64,000 nucleotides of DNA from Pseudomonadota bacterium (lineage in GTDB: Bacteria > Pseudomonadota > Alphaproteobacteria > Rhodobacterales > Rhodobacteraceae). The position numbers and the translations under genes are program-made. Every line of letters begins with the position of its first letter. Position 1 is the stretch's first letter. The stretch lies in contig JBCAZI010000004.1 of the NCBI GenBank assembly GCA_038533095.1, positions 3,028-67,027 of the forward strand, given 5' to 3'. This document shows, piece by piece, positions 9,544-20,010 of the stretch. The notes beneath the pieces were generated by a model. The model saw only the letters and a program-made list of their open reading frames with translations, did no database searches and was not told where the DNA came from.

Positions 9544-10869
9544 ATGTTAACCGCGGTAATGCTATGCGCATGTGGTACGGCCTATATCTCACCTCAGGTG
9601 CCTGAAGCTGATGACAAAGTACGTATTGTCCCACTCACTCCTGAATCGGTTCTGATGGCCAACCGCGATATCCGTGCACCCAGTCAGATTCCCAGTGCTT
9701 TCTATCAAAACGCTGGCAGCCCTTCTGCCCCGCGTGGTGCTGGTGCGCCACCACCTGCCAGCATGACCGAACAACAGCGTCCTGCGGTCATGGCAACGCG
9801 CCCGCCACCGAAGGCTGACCCCGGCCCCTATCGTATTGGGGTGGGCGATGTTTTACTGCTGGCAACCCGCAGCGCAGGCGAAACCATCGAAGAACTCAGC
9901 GGGTTGCTGGCGGCGCAAAACAGTCGCCAAGGCTATACCGTTCAGGATGATGGTGCGATTGCCGTACCTGATGTCGGCCGGATCAAGGTTGAAGGGCTGA
10001 CGCTGGAAGATGCTGAGGCGCAGCTGTTCCAAAGCCTTGTTGAAAACAGGATTGATCCAACCTTCAGCCTTGAGATTGTGGAGTTCAATTCCAAACGCGT
10101 CTCGGTTGGGGGCGCGGTTGGAACACCAACTGTTGTGCACATTTCGCTCACCCCGCTGTTTCTGGATGAGGCCATCACCTTGGCAGGCGGGGTCGCGACG
10201 CCAGATGTCGATTTCGCATCAATTCGCATTTATCGCGATGGCAGCCTCTACCAGATGCCTGTCACACGGTATCTTCAGGAACCTGAGCTTCAAAAGACGC
10301 GTCTGATTGCGGGCGATAGTATCTTTGTCGATACCGCATTTGAACTAGACCGGGCACAGGCCTATTTCGCGGAGCAGATCACTCTCGCGCAGTTTCGTCA
10401 GGGCGCGCGGGTGCAGGCTTTGGCCGAACTAACCGCCGAGGTCGAACTCAGACGCGCGGCCCTGATCGAGGCACGCAGCAATTTCCAAGAACAGATCGCG
10501 CTGGATGCAGTTGACCGCGACTTTGTCTATCTGACCGGTGAGGTCACGCAGCCGGGCCGCTTTCCCTTGCCGTTTGGACGGCAAGCCACGCTTGCCGATG
10601 CCTTATTCGCGGAGGGTGGGTTTTCCAGTGAAACCGGCAATCCAAGTCAGATCTATGTGCTGCGCAGTTCAGACGCGGATCTTGGCGCCATCACGGCCTG
10701 GCATTTGGACGCCAGAAATGTCGCCAATTTACTGGTCGCGACAAGGATGAACCTGCTGCCCAATGACATCGTCTTTATCGCCGAACAACCCGTGACACGG
10801 TGGAACCGGGTTGTGCAGCAGCTGGTCCCATCGCTGTTAACGACTGGTGCCGGGATCGCCGCGAATTAA
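9544..10869 (+). CDS. Polysaccharide export protein (Wza-like, Poly_export + SLBB), probable lipoprotein
   Basis: Lipobox-like MLTAVMLCACGT, plus YRIGVGDVLLL and GDSIFV motifs. The track ORF starts at TTG 9511. I prefer ATG 9544. Confidence 0.75.
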   Translation: MLTAVMLCACGTAYISPQVPEADDKVRIVPLTPESVLMANRDIRAPSQIPSAFYQNAGSPSAPRGAGAPPPASMTEQQRPAVMATRPPPKADPGPYRIGVGDVLLLATRSAGETIEELSGLLAAQNSRQGYTVQDDGAIAVPDVGRIKVEGLTLEDAEAQLFQSLVENRIDPTFSLEIVEFNSKRVSVGGAVGTPTVVHISLTPLFLDEAITLAGGVATPDVDFASIRIYRDGSLYQMPVTRYLQEPELQKTRLIAGDSIFVDTAFELDRAQAYFAEQITLAQFRQGARVQALAELTAEVELRRAALIEARSNFQEQIALDAVDRDFVYLTGEVTQPGRFPLPFGRQATLADALFAEGGFSSETGNPSQIYVLRSSDADLGAITAWHLDARNVANLLVATRMNLLPNDIVFIAEQPVTRWNRVVQQLVPSLLTTGAGIAAN

Positions 10870-11747
10870 AGCAATCCATTTGGTAAGGGCTGTTCATTCG
10901 CTGTGTTCACCTGACGGAACCAAAGGGTCAGCATCGTCGATGTGATTACGATAAACAGCGAATAAAGCACCGGCACTGCCATGATTGACTGTGCCTCGGT
11001 CCCGGCAAAGGTGAAGGCAATAATCGCAATGGCGAGTGGACCATTCTGAATACCGGTTTCAAGTGCAACGGTGCGCGCATTGCGCGGGTGCAATCGCAGC
11101 AAGACCGAGAAACCATAACCCAATGCAAAGCCAAAGAGCCCCAGCACGATAGACCCAAAATAGGTGGCCCAAGTCGTCGTCAGCAGGAATTCCCAGTTCC
11201 GCGGAATCCACGACACGATCAGGAACAGAATAAAGAAGATCGCGAGCATTGATCCCATAAACTCGGTCACCGCACCTACATTGGCGTTCAGCTTACGCAG
11301 CACCATCCCGATACCCACGGGCACCAAGAGCAGCACCAAGGTTGCGATTATGTTTTCGCGCGGAATATCCAGATCAAGCGCACCCGCATAAAGCACCAGC
11401 ACAAGCGGGATCAGGATCACCCCAAAGACCGTGGATGTCACCGTCATCAGCACCGACAAAGCCAGATTACCCTTGGAAAAATAGGTGAAGATGTTCGATG
11501 TCGTCCCGCCCGGCATGCAGGCCATGATCAGAACACCGATCTTGATCGTGTCCGATACCGGCAATGTGGTGGCCAGGATAAAGCCGATCAGCGGCATAAA
11601 CCCGTATTGCGAAATCACCCCGATCATCAAACCATAGGGGCGCTTCAGCGCGAGGGTAAAATCGCGTGGGGTCAGCGATGCGCCCATGCCCAGCATGATC
11701 ACAAAGATCATCAATGCCAGAATGGCTTGTTCAAGTGGTCCAACCAT
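10866..11747 (-). CDS. Bile acid:sodium symporter (BASS) family transporter
   Basis: 293 aa, about 9 TM segments, with MACMPGGTTSNIFTYF and ALETGIQNGPLA motifs. Its start overlaps the stop of the upstream acyl-CoA synthetase by 1 nt. Confidence 0.75.
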   Translation of the reverse strand: MVGPLEQAILALMIFVIMLGMGASLTPRDFTLALKRPYGLMIGVISQYGFMPLIGFILATTLPVSDTIKIGVLIMACMPGGTTSNIFTYFSKGNLALSVLMTVTSTVFGVILIPLVLVLYAGALDLDIPRENIIATLVLLLVPVGIGMVLRKLNANVGAVTEFMGSMLAIFFILFLIVSWIPRNWEFLLTTTWATYFGSIVLGLFGFALGYGFSVLLRLHPRNARTVALETGIQNGPLAIAIIAFTFAGTEAQSIMAVPVLYSLFIVITSTMLTLWFRQVNTANEQPLPNGLL

Positions 11748-13468
11748 TATGCGTTCTCCACTTTGGCTTGTTCTTCGGCACGCAGGTCCTTGCGCAGGAT
11801 TTTCCCGACGTTTGATTTGGGCAGTTCATCGCGGAACTCGACCGCTTTGGGCACCTTATAGGCGGTCAGATGCTCCTTGCAGTAAGCGCGGACAGCATCC
11901 TTATTTAGCGTGTCATCGCGTTTCACCACAAAGGCTTTCACCGCCTCACCTGACGCCCCATCCGGCACGCCAATCACGGCCACTTCTTCAACGCCCGGAT
12001 GCCCTGCGATCGTATCCTCAATCTCATTGGGATAGACGTTGAAACCCGAGACAAGGATCATATCCTTTTTGCGGTCAACGATGCGGAAATACCCGTCATT
12101 ATCCATGACCCCAATGTCGCCCGTCAATAGCCAACCGTTTTGCAAGGTTTTAGCCGTTTCTTCGGGCTTGTTCCAATAGCCCTTCATCACCTGCGGGCCC
12201 TTGGCAATCAGCTCGCCCGCCTCGCCCAGAGGCACATCTTTGCCGTCTTCATCAACGCATTTTACATCGGTCGAAGGCAGCGGCACGCCAATCGAATTCA
12301 GGCGGCTTTTGCCGAAAGGATTGAAAGTCAAAATGGGTGACGACTCGGTCAACCCGTAGCCTTCCAATAGTGGTTTGCCGGTCAACTCTTCCCAGCGTTC
12401 GGCCACAACGCCTTGCGTCGCCATACCGCCAGAGGACGCAAATTTCAGGTGTTTGGGTGGCGTGTCCTGAAACCACACCTCGCCATTCAGCCCGTTAAAC
12501 AGCGTGTTCACGCCGCTGAGCCAGGTGATCTTGTAGTTTTCAAACGCGCGCTTGAGATTGCTGAGCGGCCGTGGGTTCGGGATCAGGATGTTATGCGCGC
12601 CTTGCGAATACATACCGAGGAAATTCACGGTGAAGGCGAAGACGTGGTAAAGCGGCAGCGCTGTCAGGGCGACTTCCTTGCCCTTTTCGAACTGCTCAAT
12701 CAGCTCCATCGTTTGTTCCATATTCATCAAAATATTAGTGTGGGTCAGCATGGCACCCTTGGAAACCCCGGTGGTCCCGCCGGTATATTGCAAGCAGGCG
12801 ACATCATCAGGATCAATCGTTGTGCGATAGCTTTGCAGCGCATTCTGCGTCTCAGCATGTTTCGCCCGGCCCACCTTTACGGCCTCTGGCAGGCGCATAT
12901 GGGGGATGGTGATCGGTTTGATCGTCTTGTCCCAATATTTCTGCACCAGCCCAACAATGCCACGCGGCATCGCGGGAAAATACTCGGCCACGCGGGTGAC
13001 AATCACATTGGGGATTGGGTGGCCCTGCATCGCCTCGACCAATTTGTCGGCGAACATATCGACAACGACAATCGCCGCCGGTTCAGCATCGGCGAACTGC
13101 TTGGCCATCTCCTCTGGCGTGTAAAGCGGATTGACGTTGACCAGCACACAGCCCGCTTTAAAAACCGCCATCGCCGCAATCGGATAGGCCAAGCAATTAG
13201 GCACCTGAATGGCCACGCGATCACCCGTTTTCAGCCCCGCAACTTCGCGAAAATAAACCGCCAGCGCGTCTGACATCTCATCCGCTTGGGCGTAGGTCAG
13301 CGTGCCGTTCATCCCATTGGGCAAGCAGGTCGTGAACGCAGGGCGGTCGCCATAAAGCTCTGCCATCGCGGTAATGAACCCGCCGATTGTGCGGTGCGCC
13401 GGGGCATCAATCGTCTTGCGAACGGACGCGCCATAAAAGGCCGTCCAAGGGCGTGTCTGATCTGTCAA
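11747..13468 (-). CDS. fadD: Long-chain-fatty-acid--CoA ligase (AMP-dependent synthetase)
   Basis: 573 aa. AMP-binding motif LQYTGGTTGVSKGAMLTHTNI, plus GYGLTE, TGDIGVMDNDGYFRIVDRKKD and C-terminal PKSNVGKILRKDL. Confidence 0.85.
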   Translation of the reverse strand: MTDQTRPWTAFYGASVRKTIDAPAHRTIGGFITAMAELYGDRPAFTTCLPNGMNGTLTYAQADEMSDALAVYFREVAGLKTGDRVAIQVPNCLAYPIAAMAVFKAGCVLVNVNPLYTPEEMAKQFADAEPAAIVVVDMFADKLVEAMQGHPIPNVIVTRVAEYFPAMPRGIVGLVQKYWDKTIKPITIPHMRLPEAVKVGRAKHAETQNALQSYRTTIDPDDVACLQYTGGTTGVSKGAMLTHTNILMNMEQTMELIEQFEKGKEVALTALPLYHVFAFTVNFLGMYSQGAHNILIPNPRPLSNLKRAFENYKITWLSGVNTLFNGLNGEVWFQDTPPKHLKFASSGGMATQGVVAERWEELTGKPLLEGYGLTESSPILTFNPFGKSRLNSIGVPLPSTDVKCVDEDGKDVPLGEAGELIAKGPQVMKGYWNKPEETAKTLQNGWLLTGDIGVMDNDGYFRIVDRKKDMILVSGFNVYPNEIEDTIAGHPGVEEVAVIGVPDGASGEAVKAFVVKRDDTLNKDAVRAYCKEHLTAYKVPKAVEFRDELPKSNVGKILRKDLRAEEQAKVENA

Positions 13469-13578
13469 AGGCTTCCTCCCAAAAGCGTTGGGTGTAGCCT
13501 AGCTGCTGTGGCTGCTTTGTGAAGCAAAACCATGATTGGGATCCAGATAACCTTACGTTTCGGCTTAGCGCTATCTTT

Positions 13579-13594
13579 GTGTACAATTGTACAC
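13579..13594. promoter_or_regulatory. Perfect 16-bp palindrome GTGTACAATTGTACAC in the fadD/icd divergent intergenic region (candidate operator)
   Basis: Read directly from the sequence. It is self-complementary and lies 111 bp from the fadD-like ATG and 117 bp from the icd ATG. Confidence 0.4.
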
Positions 13595-13710
13595 CAAGCT
13601 ATTCCAATTTCTGATCTGTTCCACTAGTGATGTGAATCAAGGGCCTGCCTGCTATGATGCAAAGGGCCGCGAGACGCCAAAACACGATTTTAGAAATGAA
13701 GGACATGCAT

Positions 13711-15927
13711 ATGTCAGATCAGACCCTGCCAGATATCATCTACACAAAGACAGACGAAGCGCCGCAATTGGCATCTGCTTCGCTGCTGCCGATCCTGCGC
13801 AAGTTCCTTTCTCAAGCGGATATTACTATTGGCACCAAAGATATCTCGCTCGCTGGTCGTATCCTGGCGGCATTTCCCGAAAAGCTTACGGATGCACAAA
13901 AGGTCTCAGATGATCTGGCCCTGCTTGGCAAAGTCGTGAAAGAGCCGGGTGCGAATGTCATCAAGCTGCCTAATGTTTCGGCCTCTGTCCCCCAGCTGGT
14001 CGAAGCGGTGAAAGAACTGCAAGAGCAGGGCTATGACATCCCGGACTACCACGCCGCCCCCGAAAGCGCGGAAGAGGTTGAGGCGCGCAAACGCTACGAC
14101 GCGATCAAGGGCTCAGCAGTCAACCCGGTACTGCGCGAAGGCAACTCTGACCGTCGCGCGCCATCATCGGTCAAGGCTTATGCCAAGGCGAACCCGCACC
14201 GCATGGGCAAATGGGTCTCTGACAGCAAAACGCGGGTATCCACGATGGGTGCGCGTGATTTCCGTTCGAATGAAACGTCGGTCACCTTGGCGGATGCGCA
14301 GACGCTGAAGATCGAACTGACCGGTGCCGATGGCACGGTCACAACCCTGAAGGACGGCATCGCGATGCCGGCAGGCACCATTGTGGACGCGACATTCATG
14401 TCGGCTGCGGCGCTGAAAGACTTCTTCCATCAGCAAATCGCCCGCACGCTAGAAGATGGCACGCTTTTTTCACTGCATATGAAAGCCACAATGATGAAAG
14501 TGTCGGACCCGATCATCTTTGGCCATGCGGTTGTCGCCTACTTGCAGCCCGTCTTTGACACATACGCTGATGATTTTGCGGCTGCCGGCATTAGCCCAAA
14601 TGGGGGCTTTGGCACGCTGTTTGATGCCATCGATGCGATGCCAAATGGTGCAGCCATCCGGGCCGAGATTGACACGCTGCTGGCAGAACGTCCGCCGCTT
14701 TACATGGTCAACTCAGACCGCGGCATCACCAACCTGCATGTGCCCTCTGACGTGATCATCGATGCATCCATGCCAGCCGTCATTCGTGCGGGCGGCAAAG
14801 GCTGGGGGCCGGATGGGCAAGAGGATGACACCAACTGCGTGATCCCAGACAGCTCTTATGCGTCGGTCTATGACGCCGCTGTAGAATTCTGCAAAGCCAA
14901 TGGCGCGCTTGATCCTGTCACCGCCGGTACAGTGCAAAACGTCGGTCTGATGGCGCAAAAAGCCGAAGAATACGGATCGCACCCGACCACCTTTGAAATC
15001 CCCCATACCGGGACTGTACGTGTGATCGCGGACAACGGCGACGTTCTGCACAGCCATGAGGTTGAGGCTGGTGACATTTGGCGCATGGCCTCTGCCCGCC
15101 GCGCGCCTATCGAAAACTGGATCCAACTAGCGCTCGACAGGATGGCAACTACCGGGTACGAGACGATTTTCTGGCTCGACCGCGACCGCGCCCATGACGC
15201 GGAGTTGTTGAAGTATGTGGAGCCCGCGCTGGCAAAGGCAGGCGTCGCGGATCAGGTTAAAATCATGGCGCCACGCGACGCGACAACACGGTCGTTTGAA
15301 GTGATCTATGAGGGCGACAACACAATTGCCGTCACCGGCAACGTGCTGCGTGATTATCTGACCGACCTGTTCCCCATCCTTGAGGTTGGCACATCAGCCA
15401 AGATGCTATCTGTGGTTGGCCTGATGAACGGTGGTGGCCTGTTTGAAACCGGCGCTGGCGGTTCAGCACCCAAGCATGTCGAACAGCTGGTACAAGAAAA
15501 TCATTTGCGCTGGGACTCGCTGGGTGAGTTCTGTGCGCTGGGTGAAAGCCTGCGGTTCCTTGGTGCCTCGCAAGGCAAAGCCACGGCCAAAATCATGGGC
15601 GATGCTGTCGATGCCGCGACAGAAAGACTGCTGTCCGAAGGGCATTCACCGCAGCGTAAGGCTGGACAGCCCGACAACCGCCACAGCCACTATTGGTTCG
15701 CGCGTTTCTGGGCCGAAGCTTTGGCGGCACAAACGGATGATGCGGCATTGGCCGCAGCCTTTGCACCCTTGGCCGAAGGTCTGGCCACGGGCGAAACCGC
15801 TATCGTGGCAGAATTGTCCCAAGGGCAAGGCACAGCCGTTGATCTGGCCGGGTATTACAACCCATCTGAGGATCGCGCCGCACAGGCAATGCGTCCATCC
15901 GCGACGCTGAATGCGTTGATTGGCTAA
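13711..15927 (+). CDS. icd: NADP-dependent isocitrate dehydrogenase, monomeric type
   Basis: About 738 aa. [29 protein letters not shown] resembles the monomeric IDH N-terminus. AAGGA lies 8 nt upstream of ATG 13711. The track ORF starts earlier, at 13654. Confidence 0.9.
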   Translation: MSDQTLPDIIYTKTDEAPQLASASLLPILRKFLSQADITIGTKDISLAGRILAAFPEKLTDAQKVSDDLALLGKVVKEPGANVIKLPNVSASVPQLVEAVKELQEQGYDIPDYHAAPESAEEVEARKRYDAIKGSAVNPVLREGNSDRRAPSSVKAYAKANPHRMGKWVSDSKTRVSTMGARDFRSNETSVTLADAQTLKIELTGADGTVTTLKDGIAMPAGTIVDATFMSAAALKDFFHQQIARTLEDGTLFSLHMKATMMKVSDPIIFGHAVVAYLQPVFDTYADDFAAAGISPNGGFGTLFDAIDAMPNGAAIRAEIDTLLAERPPLYMVNSDRGITNLHVPSDVIIDASMPAVIRAGGKGWGPDGQEDDTNCVIPDSSYASVYDAAVEFCKANGALDPVTAGTVQNVGLMAQKAEEYGSHPTTFEIPHTGTVRVIADNGDVLHSHEVEAGDIWRMASARRAPIENWIQLALDRMATTGYETIFWLDRDRAHDAELLKYVEPALAKAGVADQVKIMAPRDATTRSFEVIYEGDNTIAVTGNVLRDYLTDLFPILEVGTSAKMLSVVGLMNGGGLFETGAGGSAPKHVEQLVQENHLRWDSLGEFCALGESLRFLGASQGKATAKIMGDAVDAATERLLSEGHSPQRKAGQPDNRHSHYWFARFWAEALAAQTDDAALAAAFAPLAEGLATGETAIVAELSQGQGTAVDLAGYYNPSEDRAAQAMRPSATLNALIG

Positions 15928-15942
15928 GCGACAGGGCGCGGG

Positions 15943-17220
15943 TTATTGGGAGTTGATCAGCTTGGCGACGCCGACACAGGCCTCTGTCTGGTCTGATTTT
16001 TCAGGCGTGATCCCCAGTACCCGCGCCCTGATGGCCGTCCAGACATCGTTTTGGGCGCCGCCACCTGCGGTATAGAGTTGCCTTGGTTTAGGGCCACCGC
16101 GCTCGATGATCGCATCATAGGCCTGCCGCTCAATGCGCGCGATGCTTTCCAAAATACCGTGCAAGAAGGCGGCATCATCGTCCGGGCGCGGCGTTAGGCG
16201 CGGGGCAAGATCAGGGTCGTTGATCGGGAACCGCTCCCCATTTTGCAAAAGCGGGTAGTAGTCTAATGGGCTGGCCATTGTAGGGTCTATTTCTGCGGAC
16301 AATCGGCCCAACTCTTGTGCATCAAAAAGACTGGCCAAAACACCGCCACCGGTGTTCGAGGCACCCCCAACCAGCCAGACATCCCCCAATTTATGGGCAT
16401 AGAGCCCCATCTGCGGTTCATCAATCCGCACGGGCGATAGAATTTTGATCGCCAGCGTGGTCCCTAATGATGTCACAGCACTGCCCGCCTCCAGCGGGGC
16501 GGTGGCGAGGAACGCGGCGATACTATCCGTGGTACCGGCATGTACGACGACATCCGCGTTGAACCCGAGTCTAGCCGCAACATCCGGCGCGATGGCCCCC
16601 AATGCCGTGCCAGCAGGCAGGACATGGGGCAGGAGTTCCATGCGCAGCCCGGTGGCCGCAAACCAATCAGGCCATTGGCCTGTTTCCGGGTCATAGCCCA
16701 GCTTCAGGGTGTTGTTCGCATCACTGGCACCTCCTGCCCCACGCAGATGGGCGATGATGAAGTCGGCTTGATGCAACAGATGTTTGGCCCGGTTTTCCGG
16801 GTCAAAGGATTGCAGGCGCAAAGCACGACCCAAGGCCGAATTGCTGCCTTTGGTGATGTGCACCGCAGGCGCATGTTGGGCGATAAGTTCTGCCTCGGCC
16901 GTGAAACCGGCAGAGTTATACATCAATGCGGGCGTCACAGGCTGCAAGGCAGCATCCGTCAGCACCATTGTGCCCGACGTGCCATCAACCCCGATGCGGG
17001 CCACATTTGACAGGTCGTATCCTACATCCTTTAGCGCGGCCGCTTGTGCTTTGATGCAATCCTGCACTGTCACCCACCATTTGGTGGCGTCGATGGCGTC
17101 CGCATTCTGCGGCAAATGCGTTGTCTTGACCGAGCTGAGAACGTGGCCGCTGGCGTCAATCACCGCGGTGCGCACCCCCGAAGTGCCCAGGTCGATCCCC
17201 AGTGAAAGTCCACCACTCAT
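15943..17220 (-). CDS. FGGY-family carbohydrate kinase
   Basis: LSLGIDLGTSGVRTAVID N-terminal actin-fold motif and C-terminal YTAGGGAQNDVW. ATG 17220 overlaps the upstream stop (ATGA). The maximal ORF reaches 17259. Confidence 0.8.
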   Translation of the reverse strand: MSGGLSLGIDLGTSGVRTAVIDASGHVLSSVKTTHLPQNADAIDATKWWVTVQDCIKAQAAALKDVGYDLSNVARIGVDGTSGTMVLTDAALQPVTPALMYNSAGFTAEAELIAQHAPAVHITKGSNSALGRALRLQSFDPENRAKHLLHQADFIIAHLRGAGGASDANNTLKLGYDPETGQWPDWFAATGLRMELLPHVLPAGTALGAIAPDVAARLGFNADVVVHAGTTDSIAAFLATAPLEAGSAVTSLGTTLAIKILSPVRIDEPQMGLYAHKLGDVWLVGGASNTGGGVLASLFDAQELGRLSAEIDPTMASPLDYYPLLQNGERFPINDPDLAPRLTPRPDDDAAFLHGILESIARIERQAYDAIIERGGPKPRQLYTAGGGAQNDVWTAIRARVLGITPEKSDQTEACVGVAKLINSQ

Positions 17221-18167
17221 CGTGCTGCCAAGGCTTGGCGATATTTCTCTGCGTCCCAATTCAGCAGTTCCGCTTCAGCCGGCGTACCAATGGGCTGGGG
17301 CGTCCAATCCATAGGCAAGCGTGACAGGCAATCGGACAGGCACTTGATCATCGCCCGTTGCGATGATGTGGCACCTACGCGCAGGTAAACCCCATCGCCG
17401 GGCTTTAGAACAACGGGCGGGTTCTCAGCGTGATCCGCACGGGGCAGCGCTGGCCCCAGAAACACGACGTGATCGGGATAATATGATCCGGCAAGAGCCA
17501 GTTCCGCAATGCGCGCGTCATGCGCCATCCAGCTTTCAGCAAGGGTTTCAAAACCGTCTAAGTCAGCGCCCCCTGCAGTTGTATCTTGCAGCACGGGCAT
17601 CAGTAGCCGGTCTTCAACCTCTTGCATAATCTGATCAGTCTCTTCCACGGTATTTCCGCAGCAGATCAGACCGTGGTTTTCCAGCACAACGATCTGTGTC
17701 TGGGGCGTGACCCGAGCAAGAATTTCGCGGGTCAGTGGCAAGCCCGGCTTGGCGTAGGGCACAAAGACTGCGGGCAGGTCGGCCAGCTTCTCTGCGGCGA
17801 CCTTGCGCCCTTCGGGGCTGATCGCATGCACCAACGTTGCGATGGAATGCGTGTGCGCGACGACAGGCCAATTCAAGGCCGCATGAAATGTTGTTTCGAT
17901 GGATGGACGCAGGGTATTGGCGGGGTCAATCACCGTGTCCTTGCAACTGCCATCACCTGCGCCTCCTGCTTCGGCCTGCGCTGCGGCGCGATCGACGGCC
18001 ACGAAAATCGGCTTACGCTCTGCATCGGCTAGCTCGGTTCCCGATGCTTTGATCCACATAACGTCGCCCAGTTTGATGGATGTATTGCCGCCGGGGCCTT
18101 GAACGCGCAGCGGGTCTTGCCCCAAGCGGGCAGAGAAAGCACAAAATGCGGGGGAAGGTCCGGTCAT
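17217..18167 (-). CDS. Class II aldolase/adducin-family protein (aldolase-domain type found N-terminal in bifunctional aldolase/SDR proteins)
   Basis: GPGGNTSIKLGDVMWIKASGTELAD ... VAHTHS motifs. ATG 18167 lies 4 nt after the HAD-IIA stop. The maximal ORF (to 18332) would overlap that gene. Confidence 0.6.
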   Translation of the reverse strand: MTGPSPAFCAFSARLGQDPLRVQGPGGNTSIKLGDVMWIKASGTELADAERKPIFVAVDRAAAQAEAGGAGDGSCKDTVIDPANTLRPSIETTFHAALNWPVVAHTHSIATLVHAISPEGRKVAAEKLADLPAVFVPYAKPGLPLTREILARVTPQTQIVVLENHGLICCGNTVEETDQIMQEVEDRLLMPVLQDTTAGGADLDGFETLAESWMAHDARIAELALAGSYYPDHVVFLGPALPRADHAENPPVVLKPGDGVYLRVGATSSQRAMIKCLSDCLSRLPMDWTPQPIGTPAEAELLNWDAEKYRQALAAR

Positions 18168-18171
18168 GGGA

Positions 18172-18981
18172 TCACCTGAGTGTTGGAATTGTATATGTGG
18201 CGGGCGGATGGCCCACAAAAGCATCGGCTGCGGCATCGGCGTGCAAGCCACCTGCGATGAAGAGACTATCCCAACCAACAGTTTGCGCGCCCGCGATGTC
18301 ATGCTCTGGGCTGTCACCGACCATGAGGACACGGGCAGGGTCGGTCACCTGTAGGGCATCGGCGAGGACATCGAAAATCGCCTTGTGTGGTTTGCCATAG
18401 AACATGACATGCCCCCCCGCATCGGCATAGGCATGGGCCAAGGCACCGGGGGATTGCACTGTTTTGCCATGCGCGCGGGGCGAGGCGCGGTCGGGATTGG
18501 AACAAATGAGGGGCAGATCAAGGGCGTTCGCCTGATCAAGAATAGCGCGCTGGGCGGGATGATCATCTGCGTCAGGCAGGCCCATCAACAAAACGGCGTC
18601 GGCCTGATCAACGGCTTCGGTAAAACTCACGGTCAACGACCCGGCCCATTTTTCCGCGTCACCGGCGGCAGCCGTCATTGGCAAGAGCGTCTTGATCTCG
18701 CGCAACCGGCCTTGGCTGAACTCAATATGCAACGCCTCGCCGGAGGTCATGACAATGCCAAAGGCATCGGAGGCAAAGCCCATACCCGTGATCCGCGCGG
18801 CATTCACATCCGCGCGCTTGCCGGAATTAGAAAGGACCGCCAGCGGCATCCCCTTAAGTGCATCGATGGTGACGATAGCATCAGGATAAGAGGAGGTGCC
18901 GTTGTGCAGCACCCCCCATTGGTCAAAGACGATGGCGTCATACTGATCTGCGATGGCCAGTATGCTGTCGATCTGTTGCAT
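18172..18981 (-). CDS. HAD-superfamily class IIA hydrolase (TIGR01459-like)
   Basis: AIVFDQWGVLHNG (DxxG-type motif I region), LSNSGK, and MVGDSPEHDIAGA motif. Confidence 0.7.
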   Translation of the reverse strand: MQQIDSILAIADQYDAIVFDQWGVLHNGTSSYPDAIVTIDALKGMPLAVLSNSGKRADVNAARITGMGFASDAFGIVMTSGEALHIEFSQGRLREIKTLLPMTAAAGDAEKWAGSLTVSFTEAVDQADAVLLMGLPDADDHPAQRAILDQANALDLPLICSNPDRASPRAHGKTVQSPGALAHAYADAGGHVMFYGKPHKAIFDVLADALQVTDPARVLMVGDSPEHDIAGAQTVGWDSLFIAGGLHADAAADAFVGHPPATYTIPTLR

Positions 18982-18984
18982 TGC

Positions 18985-19917
18985 TTACGTGGGGTCCGGT
19001 GTCGGCGGGACCAGACTTGCGATATAGGCGTCCGCTTCGTCCTTGCTCAGGGCGGGTGCCGCTTTGTCGGCCATGCCCGCAGGCATATCACCAAAGTAGA
19101 ATTGATAGCCGGGGATCACCTGACGGCGCTTGCGCAGCGGCATGCCTTCATAAGGGAAAACATCGGAACGGGCGTTCGCGACCTTGTCATGACAGGCCAG
19201 GATATAGTCGGCGCGCTTGTCCAGCTCTTCGACCGATTTCCAACCTTCGTAGGAGTTCACGAAACGCGCAGGCACCCAATAGCGCCACATCTCGTCCGGG
19301 TTCGGTTCCATGTTACGTTCTTGGAAGATCGCGTCGCCTGCAACCACGATATCGCCCATGCTGGTTGCGACCGTCACCGCCATATGCCCGACCGAATGGC
19401 CCGGCGTGTGGAACATCGTGATGCCGGGTAGCACCTCGCACTCATCTTCAACCGCCTCGAACACGCAGCCTGCATAGGCCGGTTCAATGTCCAGGATACC
19501 GCATTCGTAGGTGCGATAGTACAAAGGCAGCGGATTATAGGCCATTTCGATCTCGGCCTTGGGTGCAATGTAGCGCGCGTTCTTAAACTGTTTCATGTTC
19601 TGCACGTGGTCCCAGTGCAGATGGGTAAAGACGATGGCGTCAATCTCATCGGGATGCACACCAAGTTTCTGTTCCAGATGTTCATGCACCTGCAAACAGC
19701 CGCGTTTGTCACATTTATGGTGGTACTTCGTCGCGCGTTCTTCGTCGCAAAGCCCTGTGTCGATCAGAATCTTATGGGTGCCAGTGTCAACGTAGTGGCA
19801 ATAGACCGGGTTCCAGATCTTTTTGCCCGCAGGCCCCTTCCAAAAGATATAGGTACCAAGGTCAGCTTCGAGCCAGCCAGTGTTGATGGGATAGATTTTG
19901 GTTTCTGCGACGCCCAT
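18985..19917 (-). CDS. MBL-fold metallo-hydrolase (N-acyl homoserine lactonase-like family)
   Basis: THLHWDH and HTPGHSVGH metal-binding motifs. ATG 19917 is preceded by GGAGGA. The track starts at TTG 19929. Confidence 0.7.
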   Translation of the reverse strand: MGVAETKIYPINTGWLEADLGTYIFWKGPAGKKIWNPVYCHYVDTGTHKILIDTGLCDEERATKYHHKCDKRGCLQVHEHLEQKLGVHPDEIDAIVFTHLHWDHVQNMKQFKNARYIAPKAEIEMAYNPLPLYYRTYECGILDIEPAYAGCVFEAVEDECEVLPGITMFHTPGHSVGHMAVTVATSMGDIVVAGDAIFQERNMEPNPDEMWRYWVPARFVNSYEGWKSVEELDKRADYILACHDKVANARSDVFPYEGMPLRKRRQVIPGYQFYFGDMPAGMADKAAPALSKDEADAYIASLVPPTPDPT

Positions 19918-19943
19918 AAGGTCCTCCAATGCCGAGTCCCTAC

Positions 19944-19957
19944 TTTTGTATACAAAA
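19944..19957. promoter_or_regulatory. Perfect palindrome TTTTGTATACAAAA, candidate FadR-type GntR operator upstream of the MBL-fold gene
   Basis: Read directly. It fits the t.GT.n.AC.a rule for FadR-subfamily GntR sites. The same 13-mer recurs at 20764. Confidence 0.55.
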
Positions 19958-20010
19958 TTTACGAACTGTCTACAGTTGTACGTGAATTTTCTGCAGATTC
20001 CCGCGGGAAC

